A stretch of 64,000 nucleotides of DNA. Source: an uncultured delta proteobacterium. GTDB lineage: Bacteria > Myxococcota > Myxococcia > SLRQ01. Below the pieces are notes generated by a model. That model ran no database searches, had not been told where the DNA came from, and worked only from the letters and a program-made list of their open reading frames with translations. Below, piece after piece: positions 28,992 through 39,603 of this stretch. The position numbers were made by a program, and so were the translations under genes. Location of the stretch: assembly GCA_963727485.1 (NCBI GenBank), contig CAVSGM010000011.1:864001-928000 (forward strand), written 5' to 3'. Within the stretch, counting starts at the first letter, position 1; each line of letters starts with the position of its first letter.

Positions 28992-30607
28992 TGCTTCGCA
29001 GGATTGCCATCGCCTCGTTCCTCCTCCTCTTCGCCGGCTGCGGCTCGCGGACGCTGGACGTGAACGTGAAGCTTCTGACCCAGAGCTGCCCGGGGAAGGA
29101 CGGCAAGACCGTCGACGCCCTGGCCAGCGTGAGCGACCTCGAGTTCGTCGTCACCGGCGACGGCCTCGACAAGCCCATGGACACCACCGTCACCGTGAAG
29201 GACGGCAAGGTGACCCTCCCGGGCATCCCCCTCGGGGCCAAGGGGCAGGTCCTCAACCGGCTCATCACCGTGAAGGCCCACTTCGGCTCCGGGGGCCCGG
29301 TGACCGCCAAGGGCGCCGCGGTGGTGCAGATGAGCTCCGACGAGCAGGGGCCGGTGACCATCCCCATCTTCCTCCACCCGGTGGAGAGCTTCGTCTACAC
29401 CGCCGACGCCGGCGACCCCTCGAAGTGCACGGAGATGAACAAGCCCCGGGCCGGCCACACGGCGACCCTGCTCCCGGACGGGCGGGTGCTCGTCGTCGGC
29501 GGCGCCGAGTTCGACGCGGTCGGCGGGCTCACCATCCAGGACTCCGCCGAGCTCTTCGACCCCCTCACCGGGAAGTTCACGCTCCTGGGGCCGGGGCAGG
29601 GCGGGCCCAAGCTGGCGCGCCTCTACCAGAGCGCGACCCTTCTCCAGGACGGGCGGGTCCTGGTGGCCGGCGGCGAGATCAGCGTCGACGGTCAGCTCCA
29701 GACCGCCCGGCCCACGGAGATCTTCGACCCCAAGACCGACGCCTTCAGCGCCGGCCCGCTCCTCGACCAGGGGCGGGCGCGCCACTCGGCGTTGCTGGCC
29801 GCGGGGGGCCTGGTGGTCGTCGCCGGCGGCTACGCCGACCCCGGCAACCCCCTGCCCCTGAAGAGCACCGAGTTCTGGGACCCGACCAAGGGCGCCTCGA
29901 CCTTCACCGTGGGCCCCAATCTCCCCCAGGGCCGCTCCGAGGCCTGCGCCACCACCATCCGCGGCGGCCAGGTGGTGGTCCTCGCCGGCGGCAAGACCGT
30001 GGACGGCACCGGCAAGATCGCCGCCACCGACCAGATCGCCTTCCTCCACGACGTGAACGGGGCCATGTCCCTGCTCACCGACAGCACCGGCGCCCCCCTG
30101 ACCTTCCAGATGGGCCAGCCCCGCTACGACCTGGGCTGCGGCACCCTCCAGGTGCCCGACGGGAGCGGCGGCACCAAGGACGTGGTGGCCCTCGCCGGCG
30201 GCTTCCAGACCGTGGACCAGTACGGCGGCAGCAGCGTCAGCTCGGCGGTGGAGCTCTTCGACCCGGCCAGCGGGGTCTCCAACGCCGGCTCCCTCTCCGC
30301 AGGCGCCCGGGGGAACCTCTGCGCGGTCCAGGTCGACCCCCAGACCGTGGTCTTCATCGGCGGCTACAACAGCGACGACGACACGGTGGCCACCGGCTCG
30401 GAGCAGCTCTCCATCGGCAGCGATGGCACCCCCAAGATCCACAAGACCGCCGGGGCACCGATGAACGACGGGCGCTTCCTCCACCAGTGCACCCGCCTCG
30501 CCGACGGGTCAATCCTGGTCACCGGGGGGATGCTCGACACCCCCCGGAAGGCCGGCGACCCCTTGAGCCTCCGGACCGCCGAGGTCTACACGCCGCTCAC
30601 CCAGTAG
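28991..30607 (+). CDS. kelch-repeat beta-propeller lipoprotein
   Basis: Lipobox LFAGC; RAGHTATLLPDGRVLVVGG and similar repeats; TGATG coupling. Confidence 0.9.
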   Translation: MLRRIAIASFLLLFAGCGSRTLDVNVKLLTQSCPGKDGKTVDALASVSDLEFVVTGDGLDKPMDTTVTVKDGKVTLPGIPLGAKGQVLNRLITVKAHFGSGGPVTAKGAAVVQMSSDEQGPVTIPIFLHPVESFVYTADAGDPSKCTEMNKPRAGHTATLLPDGRVLVVGGAEFDAVGGLTIQDSAELFDPLTGKFTLLGPGQGGPKLARLYQSATLLQDGRVLVAGGEISVDGQLQTARPTEIFDPKTDAFSAGPLLDQGRARHSALLAAGGLVVVAGGYADPGNPLPLKSTEFWDPTKGASTFTVGPNLPQGRSEACATTIRGGQVVVLAGGKTVDGTGKIAATDQIAFLHDVNGAMSLLTDSTGAPLTFQMGQPRYDLGCGTLQVPDGSGGTKDVVALAGGFQTVDQYGGSSVSSAVELFDPASGVSNAGSLSAGARGNLCAVQVDPQTVVFIGGYNSDDDTVATGSEQLSIGSDGTPKIHKTAGAPMNDGRFLHQCTRLADGSILVTGGMLDTPRKAGDPLSLRTAEVYTPLTQ

Positions 30608-30623
30608 CCCCCGGGAGCCGCCC

Positions 30624-31316
30624 ATGCGCCTCGCCGCCCTCGCCCTCGCCGCCGTCCTCCTCTTCCCCGCGGCCCGGGCCCGAGCCGGCGGTGACGACCT
30701 CGGCCTCGGGGACCTCGGCGCCGCCGCCGCGATCCCTCCGAAGACCAGGAAGGCCCTGGACGCCCACCTGGCCAAGGCGAAGAAGCTCATCGCCCGCCAG
30801 GACTACGCCGGCGCCAAGGCCGAGCTGAAAGCCGCGGACAAGCTGGTGCCCATGAACGACGAGGTGATGAGCCTCCTCGACCGGGTCGAGTCCATGGAGG
30901 CCGAGCAGCAGCAGAACAAGGGCCTGGTCAAGCGCCTGGAGGCGCAGCAGGCGGCCAAGGACCAGAAGGCCGCGGCCGCCACCCGGACCCGTCGGGCCGT
31001 CGACGCCCAGGTCCGCCGGGTGGAGCGCCACCGGCACCTGCCCCGTCGCCTGGGCCGGGCCATCGTCGCCCTCCGCCGCCGGCGCCGCCGGGACGCCAAG
31101 GCCGTGGACGCCGCGGTCACCGCCCGGGAGCAGTGCCACGCCGCCGCCATCCTGGCCCACGACGGGCGCGGCGCCAGCCGTTGCCACCAGGCCGACGCCC
31201 GGGTGGCGGCGCGGCAGCAGTCGCTCCGCGCCCTCGACGACGACCTCGCGGTGCTCACGACCACCTACCGCGACCGCCGGGGCCAGAAGGCCCTCGACGC
31301 CCTCGGCGGGCGCTGA
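30624..31316 (+). CDS. secreted helical, basic hypothetical protein
   Basis: Signal peptide ending ARA; TPR-like helix pair; third gene of the run. Confidence 0.7.
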   Translation: MRLAALALAAVLLFPAARARAGGDDLGLGDLGAAAAIPPKTRKALDAHLAKAKKLIARQDYAGAKAELKAADKLVPMNDEVMSLLDRVESMEAEQQQNKGLVKRLEAQQAAKDQKAAAATRTRRAVDAQVRRVERHRHLPRRLGRAIVALRRRRRRDAKAVDAAVTAREQCHAAAILAHDGRGASRCHQADARVAARQQSLRALDDDLAVLTTTYRDRRGQKALDALGGR

Positions 31317-31338
31317 CCGACCAGCGCCGGGTCCCGGC

Positions 31339-32289
31339 CTACGCGTCCCCTCGGGACGCCCCGTCGTCGGGCTCGCTCGCGGCCGCGGGGGCCGGCTCGG
31401 TGGCCGCGGGGGCCGGCTCGGCGGGCGCGGGCGCCGGCTCGGTGGCCGCGGGGGCCGGCTCGGCGGGCGCGGCCTCCGGGCTCGGGGCAGGCACCGGGGC
31501 CGGGCGGGCCTTGGCCCTGGCGCCCTTGCGGCCCTCGGCCTGGCGCAGCTGCTTCTCCACGGTGCGGAGGCGGTCCTTGGCGACCTCGAGCTCGCCCTTG
31601 AGGACCAGGTAGACCCGGTTGCTGGTCTCGGCCCGGCCCCGGGCCTTCTTCAGCTCGTGGTCCTTGGTGGCGAGGGTGCGCTTGAGCTCGGCGACCTGGG
31701 TCTCGGCGGCGTCGGCGCGGGACCGCTCCCGGGCGGTGGCCTCGGCGTCGCCGGCGTCCCGGGCGGGGGCAGCGGCGGCGCTCGAGGCGGTGTCCGCGCC
31801 GGCGCCCCCGGGGGCCGCCATGGGGGACGCGGCGTCCGAATCGGAGGCGGGGGCGGGGGCCGCGGCGGGGGCGGACGCCGCGGCGGCGCCCCGGGCCTTG
31901 AGCCGGGCGAGGTCGGCCTGGGCGTGCTCGAGCTCGGCGCGGGCGTCCCGAAGCTCCTGGCGGACCTGGTGGAGCTCGTCGGTGAGCGCCTGCTCCCGGT
32001 CGCTCTTGCGGTCCTTGCCCCGCTCGGCCTGGGCGGCGCGCTTCTTGGTCTTGCCGTGCTTCTTGCGCAGGGCCTCGAGCTCTTCGCCCCGGCGGCTCGC
32101 CTGCTCGGTGGCCTCGGCGGCCTTCCGGCGGGCGGCCTCCAGGTCCTTGCGGGCCCCCTCGAGCTCGGCGGCGCGGGCGTCGCGCTCGCGGGCGGCGGCG
32201 CGCCCGGTGAGGAAGAAGACGACGGCGAGGACGGCGCCGAGGGCGGCGACGGCGATGGCGATGACCGGGGCTTGCATCCGGGCCTCCAT
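31339..32289 (-). CDS. membrane-anchored coiled-coil hypothetical protein
   Basis: N-terminal TM helix, charged heptads, EPAPAAT tail repeats. Confidence 0.75.
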   Translation of the reverse strand: MEARMQAPVIAIAVAALGAVLAVVFFLTGRAAARERDARAAELEGARKDLEAARRKAAEATEQASRRGEELEALRKKHGKTKKRAAQAERGKDRKSDREQALTDELHQVRQELRDARAELEHAQADLARLKARGAAAASAPAAAPAPASDSDAASPMAAPGGAGADTASSAAAAPARDAGDAEATARERSRADAAETQVAELKRTLATKDHELKKARGRAETSNRVYLVLKGELEVAKDRLRTVEKQLRQAEGRKGARAKARPAPVPAPSPEAAPAEPAPAATEPAPAPAEPAPAATEPAPAAASEPDDGASRGDA

Positions 32290-32363
32290 ACACGAACCGC
32301 GGCGGTGCCCTCAAGGGAGAAGGGCAGCCGCCGCGGGGATTGTCGCCTCGGGCGACGCGGGAC

Positions 32364-32999
32364 CTAGGCGGTCTTCCGGCTGGCGGCGGGCTTCTTGCGC
32401 CCCTGGCGCTTGAGCCCGTAGTCGTGGCAGAGGCGCCGCATGGTGTGGACCGAGATCCCCAGGATCTCCGCCATGGTCTTGTTGTCCATGCGGTCGAAGT
32501 TCGCGAGGACGAAGTTCTTCCGGTCGTCGAGGGGCGGGCGGCCGTGGGCGCTCTCGCTCCCGTCGCGCATCCGGATGCGGACGTAGCCCTCGGCGGCGGT
32601 GACCACCTCGCCGAACTTCTGCACCGTGGGGTCGAAGACCCGCTGCCCGACCTTGTACTTCCGGGCCGGATCCACCGCGACCTCCCGGAGCTTGTTCACC
32701 CGGGCCGCGGCGGCCTTGAGGCGGGGGAGGCGCTTCTCGGCCACCTCGGGGCTGGCCAACCGGGGCATCGGGCGCACGGGACGGCGGCTGCCGCGGCTGG
32801 CCGGGCGGGCCCGGCGGCGGCTGCTGCGCGCGCCACCGGCGAGGTCGACCTCCTCCTCGTCGTCCTTGTCGTCGTCGTCGTCCGCGGCGAGGTTCACGGC
32901 GTCGGCGTTCTCGCCGCTGCCGTCGTCATCCTCGAGCCGGGCCCGGATGGTGTTCCACTTGATGCTGTCCTCGTCATAGTCGGGACGCGAAAAAGCCAT
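32364..32999 (-). CDS. hypothetical protein: acidic tract, basic tract, SH3/KOW-like barrel and C-terminal HTH
   Basis: YKVGQRVFDPTVQKFGEVV...VRIRMRDG; MDNKTMAEILGISVHTMRRLCHDYGLKR. Confidence 0.75.
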   Translation of the reverse strand: MAFSRPDYDEDSIKWNTIRARLEDDDGSGENADAVNLAADDDDDKDDEEEVDLAGGARSSRRRARPASRGSRRPVRPMPRLASPEVAEKRLPRLKAAAARVNKLREVAVDPARKYKVGQRVFDPTVQKFGEVVTAAEGYVRIRMRDGSESAHGRPPLDDRKNFVLANFDRMDNKTMAEILGISVHTMRRLCHDYGLKRQGRKKPAASRKTA

Positions 33000-33091
33000 G
33001 ATTTGTCCACCCCCTAGGGTCACGCCGGGCGAGCGACCACGTGGTGCCGCCCAGGGTGATGTATGGTCACGTATGGTATTTGCTGATGACC

Positions 33092-33120
33092 AAACTAGAT
33101 CGGCCGTCCGGGGAGATCAA
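33092..33120 (-). promoter_or_regulatory. sigma70-like promoter for the HTH gene
   Basis: Minus strand TTGATC-N17-TAGTTT in an AT-richer patch. Confidence 0.5.
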
Positions 33121-33173
33121 GCGCAAGCGATCGCCCCTGGCCCGGGAGCCCCGGGGGCCCACATCCTGTCCCC

Positions 33174-33220
33174 GAGACGACGACGGGCCCCGCGTGGTCG
33201 CGGAGCCCGTCTCGAGTCTC
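33174..33220 (-). terminator. GC-rich hairpin immediately downstream of tRNA-Leu
   Basis: GAGAC..ACGGGC..CGCG / CGCG..GCCCGT..GTCTC inverted repeat; no clear U-tract. Confidence 0.45.
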
Positions 33221-33221
33221 G

Positions 33222-33308
33222 TGGTGCCCAGGAGAGGACTCGAACCTCCACGGGGTTTCCCCCACTAGAACCTGAATCTAGCGCGTCTACCAGTTCCGCC
33301 ACCTGGGC
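33222..33308 (-). tRNA. tRNA-Leu (anticodon CAG)
   Basis: Reverse complement reads GCCCAGGTGGCGGAACTGGTAGACGCGCTAGATTCAGGTTCTAGTGGGGGAAACCCCGTGGAGGTTCGAGTCCTCTCCTGGGCACCA: long variable arm, TTCGA loop, encoded CCA. Confidence 0.97.
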
Positions 33309-33466
33309 AGGCAGCAGGCGCTAGGTACCGGAAGTCACGAGCGATGGCAAGCCCAAGCGACACCCCGTGCGCAGGCGCCCGGATCCGCCCACGCGCGCGC
33401 ACCTGGATCCGCCTGGGGCACGGGCCCCCTTGTACCGATGACGCACCGCGCCGTAGATTGGACCCC

Positions 33467-36400
33467 ATGGTGCGCAGTCCCAGGGAGCCCCGGGCGGTCT
33501 TCGACCGCCTCGTCGCCCACCCGGGTCGCGGAGGGTGCGGCGTGGGGGCCGTGGCCGACCCCGCGGGCCCGAGCCGGGAGGTCCTCACCTGGGCGCTGGC
33601 GGGCCTCGGGTGCATGGAGCACCGGGGCGGCTGCATCGAGCAGACCGGCGACGGAGCGGGCCTGATGGTCCACACGCCCCGGGCCTTCTTCGAGCGCCAC
33701 CTGGCCCCGGGTCGCCACCTCCACCCCGGCGAGCACCTCGCCGTGGGCGTCCTCTTCTTTCCCCCGGGCGAGGAGGGCAACCTCCCGCCGACCCAGCACG
33801 AGAATCGACCACGTGCTCCGCCGCCAGGGCCTCTCGCCGCTGGGCTGGCGCAAGGTCCCGGTGAACGAGGCCGTCCTCGGCGAGGGCGCCCGCCGGAGCC
33901 GCAAGGACGTGTGGCAGGTCCTCATCGGCCAGGGGATGGTCCGGGCGAGCCACCTGCCGCTGGCGCTCTTCCGGGTCAAGGCGCGCCTCGAGGCGAGCTT
34001 CCGCGACCTCTACGTGGCGAGCCTCGCCGCCGACACCGTGGTCTACAAGGCGCTGGCCACCGGTCCCCAGCTCCTGGCCTTCTACCCGGACCTCGCCGAC
34101 CCCGACTTCGTCACCAATCTCGCCGTCTTCCACCGGCGCTACTCCACCAACACCTTCTCCAACTGGTACCTGGCCCAGCCCTTCCGGGTGCTCGGGCACA
34201 ACGGCGAGATCAACAGCATCAAGGCGGTGCGCTCGGCGGTGCGGAACCTCGAGGCGGAGCTCGGGCTCCCGGGGCTGCTCATGCACCAGGGCTCGGACTC
34301 CGCCGATCTCGACCGCATGGTCGAGCTGCTCACCAGCCACGGGATGCCGCTCCTCGAGGCGCTGGTGCGCACGCTGCCGGCGGCCTGGCGTGACGAGCCC
34401 GACGCCCCCCGGGAGATGATCCACTGGCAGGACGCGGTGCGCCGCGCCATGGGGACGCTGGCCGCCTGGGAGGGCCCGGCGGCGGTGGTGGCCAGCGACG
34501 AACGCAACCTGGTGGGCATCCTCGACCGGATGGGCCTGCGTCCCCTGCGCTGGGTGGTCACCCGGCACGGGCGCGTGGTCCTGGGCAGCGAGAATCGGCG
34601 CGGTCCCCGTCCCCGAGGGCGACATCGCCGAGACCGGCCAGCTCGAGCCCGGCGAGGCCTTCGCCGTGGACCTCGACCACGGGCGCGTCCTGCGCCCCGG
34701 CGACGTCGCCGAGGCCATCCTCGAGACCACCGCCCTCGACCACCGCGAGCTCCACACCCGGCGCCTCCACCCCCTGGTCCCCGCCGCCCGGGCGCCCGCG
34801 GGCGACGCCGACGACGCGCCGCCGTCGCGCACCGCCACCCCCGCCGACCGGTGGCTGACCCTCTTCGGCTGGGACGGCGGACGCACCCGGGTGACCCAGT
34901 CCATGGCCAAGGAGGGCAAGGAGCCCCTCTCGTCCATGGGCTTCGACCGGCCCCTGGCGGTGTTCAGCCCCCAGTGCCCGGTCCTCACCAAGTACTTCCG
35001 GCAAATCATCGCCGTGGTCACCAACCCGCCCATCGATCCCATCCGGGAGGGTGGGGCGATGGACCTCTCGGTGTACCTGGGCCGCTCGCCCCTCATCTCC
35101 GAGGACCTCCCCGAGTACTCGGTCCACCCCCAGTACCGCATCGAGCGCCCGGTCCTCTCCGAGGCCGAGCTCGAGACCGTCCGCGCCGGGGGGCCGGACC
35201 GGCCCGTCGCCACCGTGGTCGACGCCACCTACGCCTTCCCCCCGGGCGGCGCCGGGGACCCCCGGGCCATCGCCACCCGCATCGCCGAGCTCACCGAGCA
35301 GGCGGTGGGCGAGGTGCGCCGGGGCCAGGCCGACGTCCTCGTGGTCAGCGACCGCCGGGCCATCGACGGCCTCGACGCCGGCCGCCCGCCGGCGCGCCTG
35401 CCCCTGCCGCTGCTGCTCCTGGTGAGCTTCCTCCACGAGGCCCTCACCGACGTGGGGCTGCGCCGCCAGGCGTCGATCGTGGTGGAGACCGGCGAGGTCC
35501 AGGAGCCCCACGACGTCGCGGTCTACGTCGCCTCCGGCGCCGACGCCGTGTGCCCCTGGCTCTTCCTCGAGGTCTGCCGCACCACCCGCGGCGTGGCCCC
35601 GGCGGAGGGCGAGACCCACGGCCTCGAGGCCCTGGAGCACGGCCTCAAGCGCATCCTCTCGAAGATGGGCACCACCACCCTCGAGGGGTACCGGGGCTCC
35701 CGGCTCTTCGAGGCGGTGGGGGTGTCGCCGACGCTGGTCGACTACTACCTCCCCGGGATCACCTCGCGCCTCGGGGGCATCGGCCTCCGCGACCTCCACG
35801 ACGACGCCCTGGCCCGGGCCGCCCAGGCCGCCGACGCCGACCTGCGCTCGGTGCCCCGCCCCTTGGAGGTGAACGTCTACCGCAAGGAGGTGTGGCACAC
35901 CCTCCAGCAGGTGGCGCGCGGCGACGACCCCGAGGCCTGGCCGCGGTTCCGGGGGCTGGTCGCCGACACCCCGCCGGTCTACCTCCGGGACCTGATGCGC
36001 CTCGAGGCCAGCGGCCCGCCGGTGACCGAGGCCGAGGTGGCGCCGCCGGAGTCGATCGTCGCCACCACCTTCCGGGGCTCGGCCATGAGCCATGGGTCCC
36101 TCCACCGGGTCGCCCACCGGGCCATCGCCGCCGCCTTCAACCGCCTGGGCTCCAAGTCCAACAGTGGCGAGGGCGGCGAGGACCCGAGGCGCGACCGCGG
36201 CGGCGAGTGGGCCCTGGACCGCTCCCGGGTGCGCCGAATCGCCAGCGGCCGCTTTGGCGTCGACGCCCGCTACCTGGTCCACGCCGACGACCTGGAGATC
36301 AGAGATCGGCCAGGGCGCCAAGCCCGGGGAGGGCGGGCACCTCCCGGGGCACAAGGTCACCGCCGAGATCGCCTTCATCCGCAAGACCCGCGAGGGGGTG

Positions 36401-38089
36401 AGCCTCATCTCCCCGCCGCCCCACCACGACATCTACTCCATCGAGGACCTGGCCCAGCTGGTCTACGACCTGCGCCAAATCCATCCCCGCGCCGGGATCA
36501 GCGTGAAGTGCCCCACGGTCACCGACATCGGCACCATCGCCGTGGGCGTGGTCAAGGCCGGCGCCGACGTGGTCGCCATCTCCGGCTCCGAGGGGGGCAC
36601 CGGCGCCGCCGCGGCGAGCTCCATCGAGCACGCGGGGCTGCCTTTGGAGCGCGGGCTGGCCGAGGTGCACCAGGCGCTGGTGGTCAACGGCATCCGCCAG
36701 GGGGTGGTGCTGCGCGTCGACGGGGGCATCAAGACCGGTGACGACATCGTCAAGCTCCTCGCCCTCGGCGCCGACGAGGTCAGCCTGGGGACGGCGCTGA
36801 TGATCGCCGAGCAGTGCACCTTCTGCCACGGCTGCGCCAAGGGCAACTGCCCGGCGGGCATCACCACCCAGAGCGACGAGGTGGCCAAGCGCCTGATGAA
36901 GCTCAAGGGCGCCGACGCCAAGAAGGCCGCGCCCCAGCCGGTGATGGCGCTGGCCGCCATCCAGAACCCCGACGACGACGAGGAGATGCGCTACCAGGAC
37001 GCCACCGCGGCGGTGGAGCGCTACCTCCTGGCGTTGGCCGGCGACGTGCGCCGGACCCTGGCGCGCCTGGGCCTCAAGACCCCGGCGGAGCTGGTGGGCC
37101 GCGTGGACCTCCTGCGCCAGGCGCCCACCGGGAGCGCGCGCACCGACACCGTCGACCTCTCCGAGCTCCTGGTCGACCCCAAGGCCTTCGACGGCAAGCG
37201 CCAGCCCCTGGCGCGGATGGCGGTCTCGGCCCTCCCCGGCGACCGCGAGGCCCCGAGCCCGGCGAACGCCCGGATCCTCGAGGTCGTCGCCGCCGGCGTC
37301 GCCGAGACCGAGGCCGGCGCCCGCATCGGCCCGGTGGAGGTGGACCTCGGGATCCACGCCACCGACCGGGCGGTGGGGGCCACCCTCGCCGGCGAGATCG
37401 CCGCCGGCCGTCTCGCGGTCCCCGAGCACGGCATCCACCTGCGCCTCACGGGCAACGCCGGCCAGGCCCTGGGCTTCGGCCTCGTCGACGGCGTGCACCT
37501 CGACCTGGTGGGCTACGCCAACGACACGGTGGGCGAGGCCATGAGCGGCGGGCGCATCCTGGTGCGCCGCCCGGACGGCGTCCCCCGGGACGGCGGGCCG
37601 CGCACCGGCTCGGTGGCGGGCAACGCCGTGGGCTACGGGATGACCGGTGGCACCCTCTTCCTCGAGGGGCGCTGCGGCCAGCGCCTCGGGGTGCGCATGA
37701 GCGAGGGCGTCATCGTCTGCGAGGGCGCCGGGAAGTACGCCTTCGAGTACATGACCGGCGGGGTGGGGGTGGTCCTCGGCTCCACCGGCGCCCAGGCCTG
37801 CAGCGGGATGACCGGCGGGGTCGTCTACCTCCTCGAGGAGGTCGGGTCGAAGGCGCGGGTGAACCCCGACGCCGAGGCCGTTCCCCTCGAGGACGCCGAC
37901 GTGGCCCACCTCGAGGCCCTCCTCGGCGCCTTCGCCGAGGCCACCGGCTCCCGGCCGGCGCGCCGGCTCCTCGACGGCTGGCCCGAGGCGGCGTCGCGGT
38001 TCCTCAAGTTCGTGCCCCGGCACTCAGCCGCCGCTCCGGCTCTGACCGGCACGGGGAGCGTCACCCAGTGGGCGCGGTCCCGGCGCTGA
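33467..38089 (+). CDS. gltB: glutamate synthase large subunit (three +1 frameshifts at about 33804, 34594 and 36302)
   Basis: CGVG, HRGG...GDGAG, HRRYSTNT, HNGEIN, WEGPA, DRMGLRP, VTNPPIDP, SAMSHGS, SGEGGE, ASGRFGV, GQGAKPGEGGHLPG, SPPPHHDIYSIEDLAQL, GXGXG domain. Confidence 0.93.
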
Positions 38090-38213
38090 CCTGACGCAGG
38101 GACCGCTTACAGGCCTGTGGGCGGCGAGCGCACCCGCTCCCACATGCGCTAAGACGGCGGAGCACGGATCCGACACCCCCGCGACAGGTGAACGAATCCA
38201 TCGCCATTGGGAG

Positions 38214-39501
38214 ATGGCCATGAAGCTGAAGACCCTCGTTTCGAATCCTCGGCGGCACCCTGCTCGCGTGCGCCGGCTGCGGCACCGGCGCCCAGGTCGC
38301 CGGCGGCCCCGTGGTGGCCAGCAGCGCCGCCGCCCTCTCCTCGGCGTCGGCGCCGGTGTGCCCCGGCCCGGCCCGGCCCGGCTCGGCCCGGTGCAACGCC
38401 TGGGTGCGCCTGAACACCGCCGGTCTCCCCTTCGCGCAGCCCGCCAAGGGCCCGGGGAACGGTCACGGTCCCGGCGGTGGTGGCGGCGGCGGCGGTGGCG
38501 GGACCCCGCCGCCCCCCTCGAGCGGGCTGAGGCCGGCGGACCTCCAGGCGGCCTACGGGCTCCCGTCGGCGACGGCGGGCGCGGGCCAGACCCTCGCCAT
38601 CGTCGACGCCAACGACGACCCCAACGCCGAGTCCGACATGAACGCCTACCGGGCCGCCTTCGGCCTCCCGGCGTGCACCACGGCGAACGGGTGCTTCCGC
38701 AAGGTCAACCAGAACGGCGTCCAGGGGAGCTACCCCCGCAAGGACGGTGGCTGGGCCCTGGAGATCTCCCTCGACCTCGACATGGCGAGCGCCGTCTGCC
38801 CCAACTGCAACATCCTCCTGGTCGAGGCGGACTCGGCGAGCATGGCCAACCTGGGCACCGCGGTGAACACCGCCGTGGCCCTCGGCGCCACCGTGGTGAG
38901 CAACAGCTACGGCGGCGGCGAGTACTCGGGTGAGGTCCAGGACGAGCTCACCTACTTCGACCACCCGGGCGTCGCCATCACCGTGAGCTCCGGCGACAAC
39001 GGCTACGGCGTGGAGTTCCCCGCAGCCTCGCAGTTCGTCACCGCCGTCGGCGGCACCTCGCTGACCACCGCCTCGGGCGCCCGCGGCTGGGCCGAGACCG
39101 CCTGGAGCGGCGCCGGCAGCGGCTGCAGCCAGTACGTGGCCAAGCCGAGCTGGCAGACCGACACCGGCTGCGCGGGCCGCACCGTCGCCGACGTCTCCGC
39201 GGTGGCCGACCCCAGCACCGGCGTCGCCGTCTACGACAGCGTCAAGTACCAGGGGCAGTCGGGGTGGTTCGTGGTCGGCGGCACCAGCGCCTCGGCGCCC
39301 ATCATCGGCGCCGTCTACGCCCTGGCGGGGAACGCCTCGAGCCTCACCTACGGCTCGGCCCCGTACTCGGGGACGAACCTCCTCAACGACGTGACCTCCG
39401 GGAGCAACGGGAGCTGCGGGGGCAGCTACCTGTGCACCGCGACCAGCGGCTTCGACGGCCCCACGGGCCTCGGCACCCCGGACGGCACCGGCGCCTTCTA
39501 G
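38214..39501 (+). CDS. S53 (sedolisin-like) serine peptidase, probable lipoprotein (+1 frameshift at about 38245)
   Basis: EISLD (Glu/Asp), SSGDNG, GGTSASAP, FDGPTGLGTP; the corrected N-terminus reads MAMKLKTLVSILGGTLLACAGCG. Confidence 0.88.
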
Positions 39502-39603
39502 GGCGCGTCTAGGCGCAATCGGTGCGGGTTTCCAGGGTCCGGTCCCGCATGGGGCCGGGCCCTGAATTTGGTCTCGCCGGATTTCCAGGTAACATGGGAT
39601 GCA

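Noticed and set aside
33222..33308. tRNA-Leu as the integration site of a genomic island
   Set aside because: No integrase, no duplicated tRNA 3' end and no evident compositional shift in the window.
33800..36310. Programmed frameshifting or pseudogenisation of gltB and other genes
   Set aside because: No slippery sites, all catalytic motifs are intact, and the shifts share a GATC context, so sequencing error is the simpler explanation.
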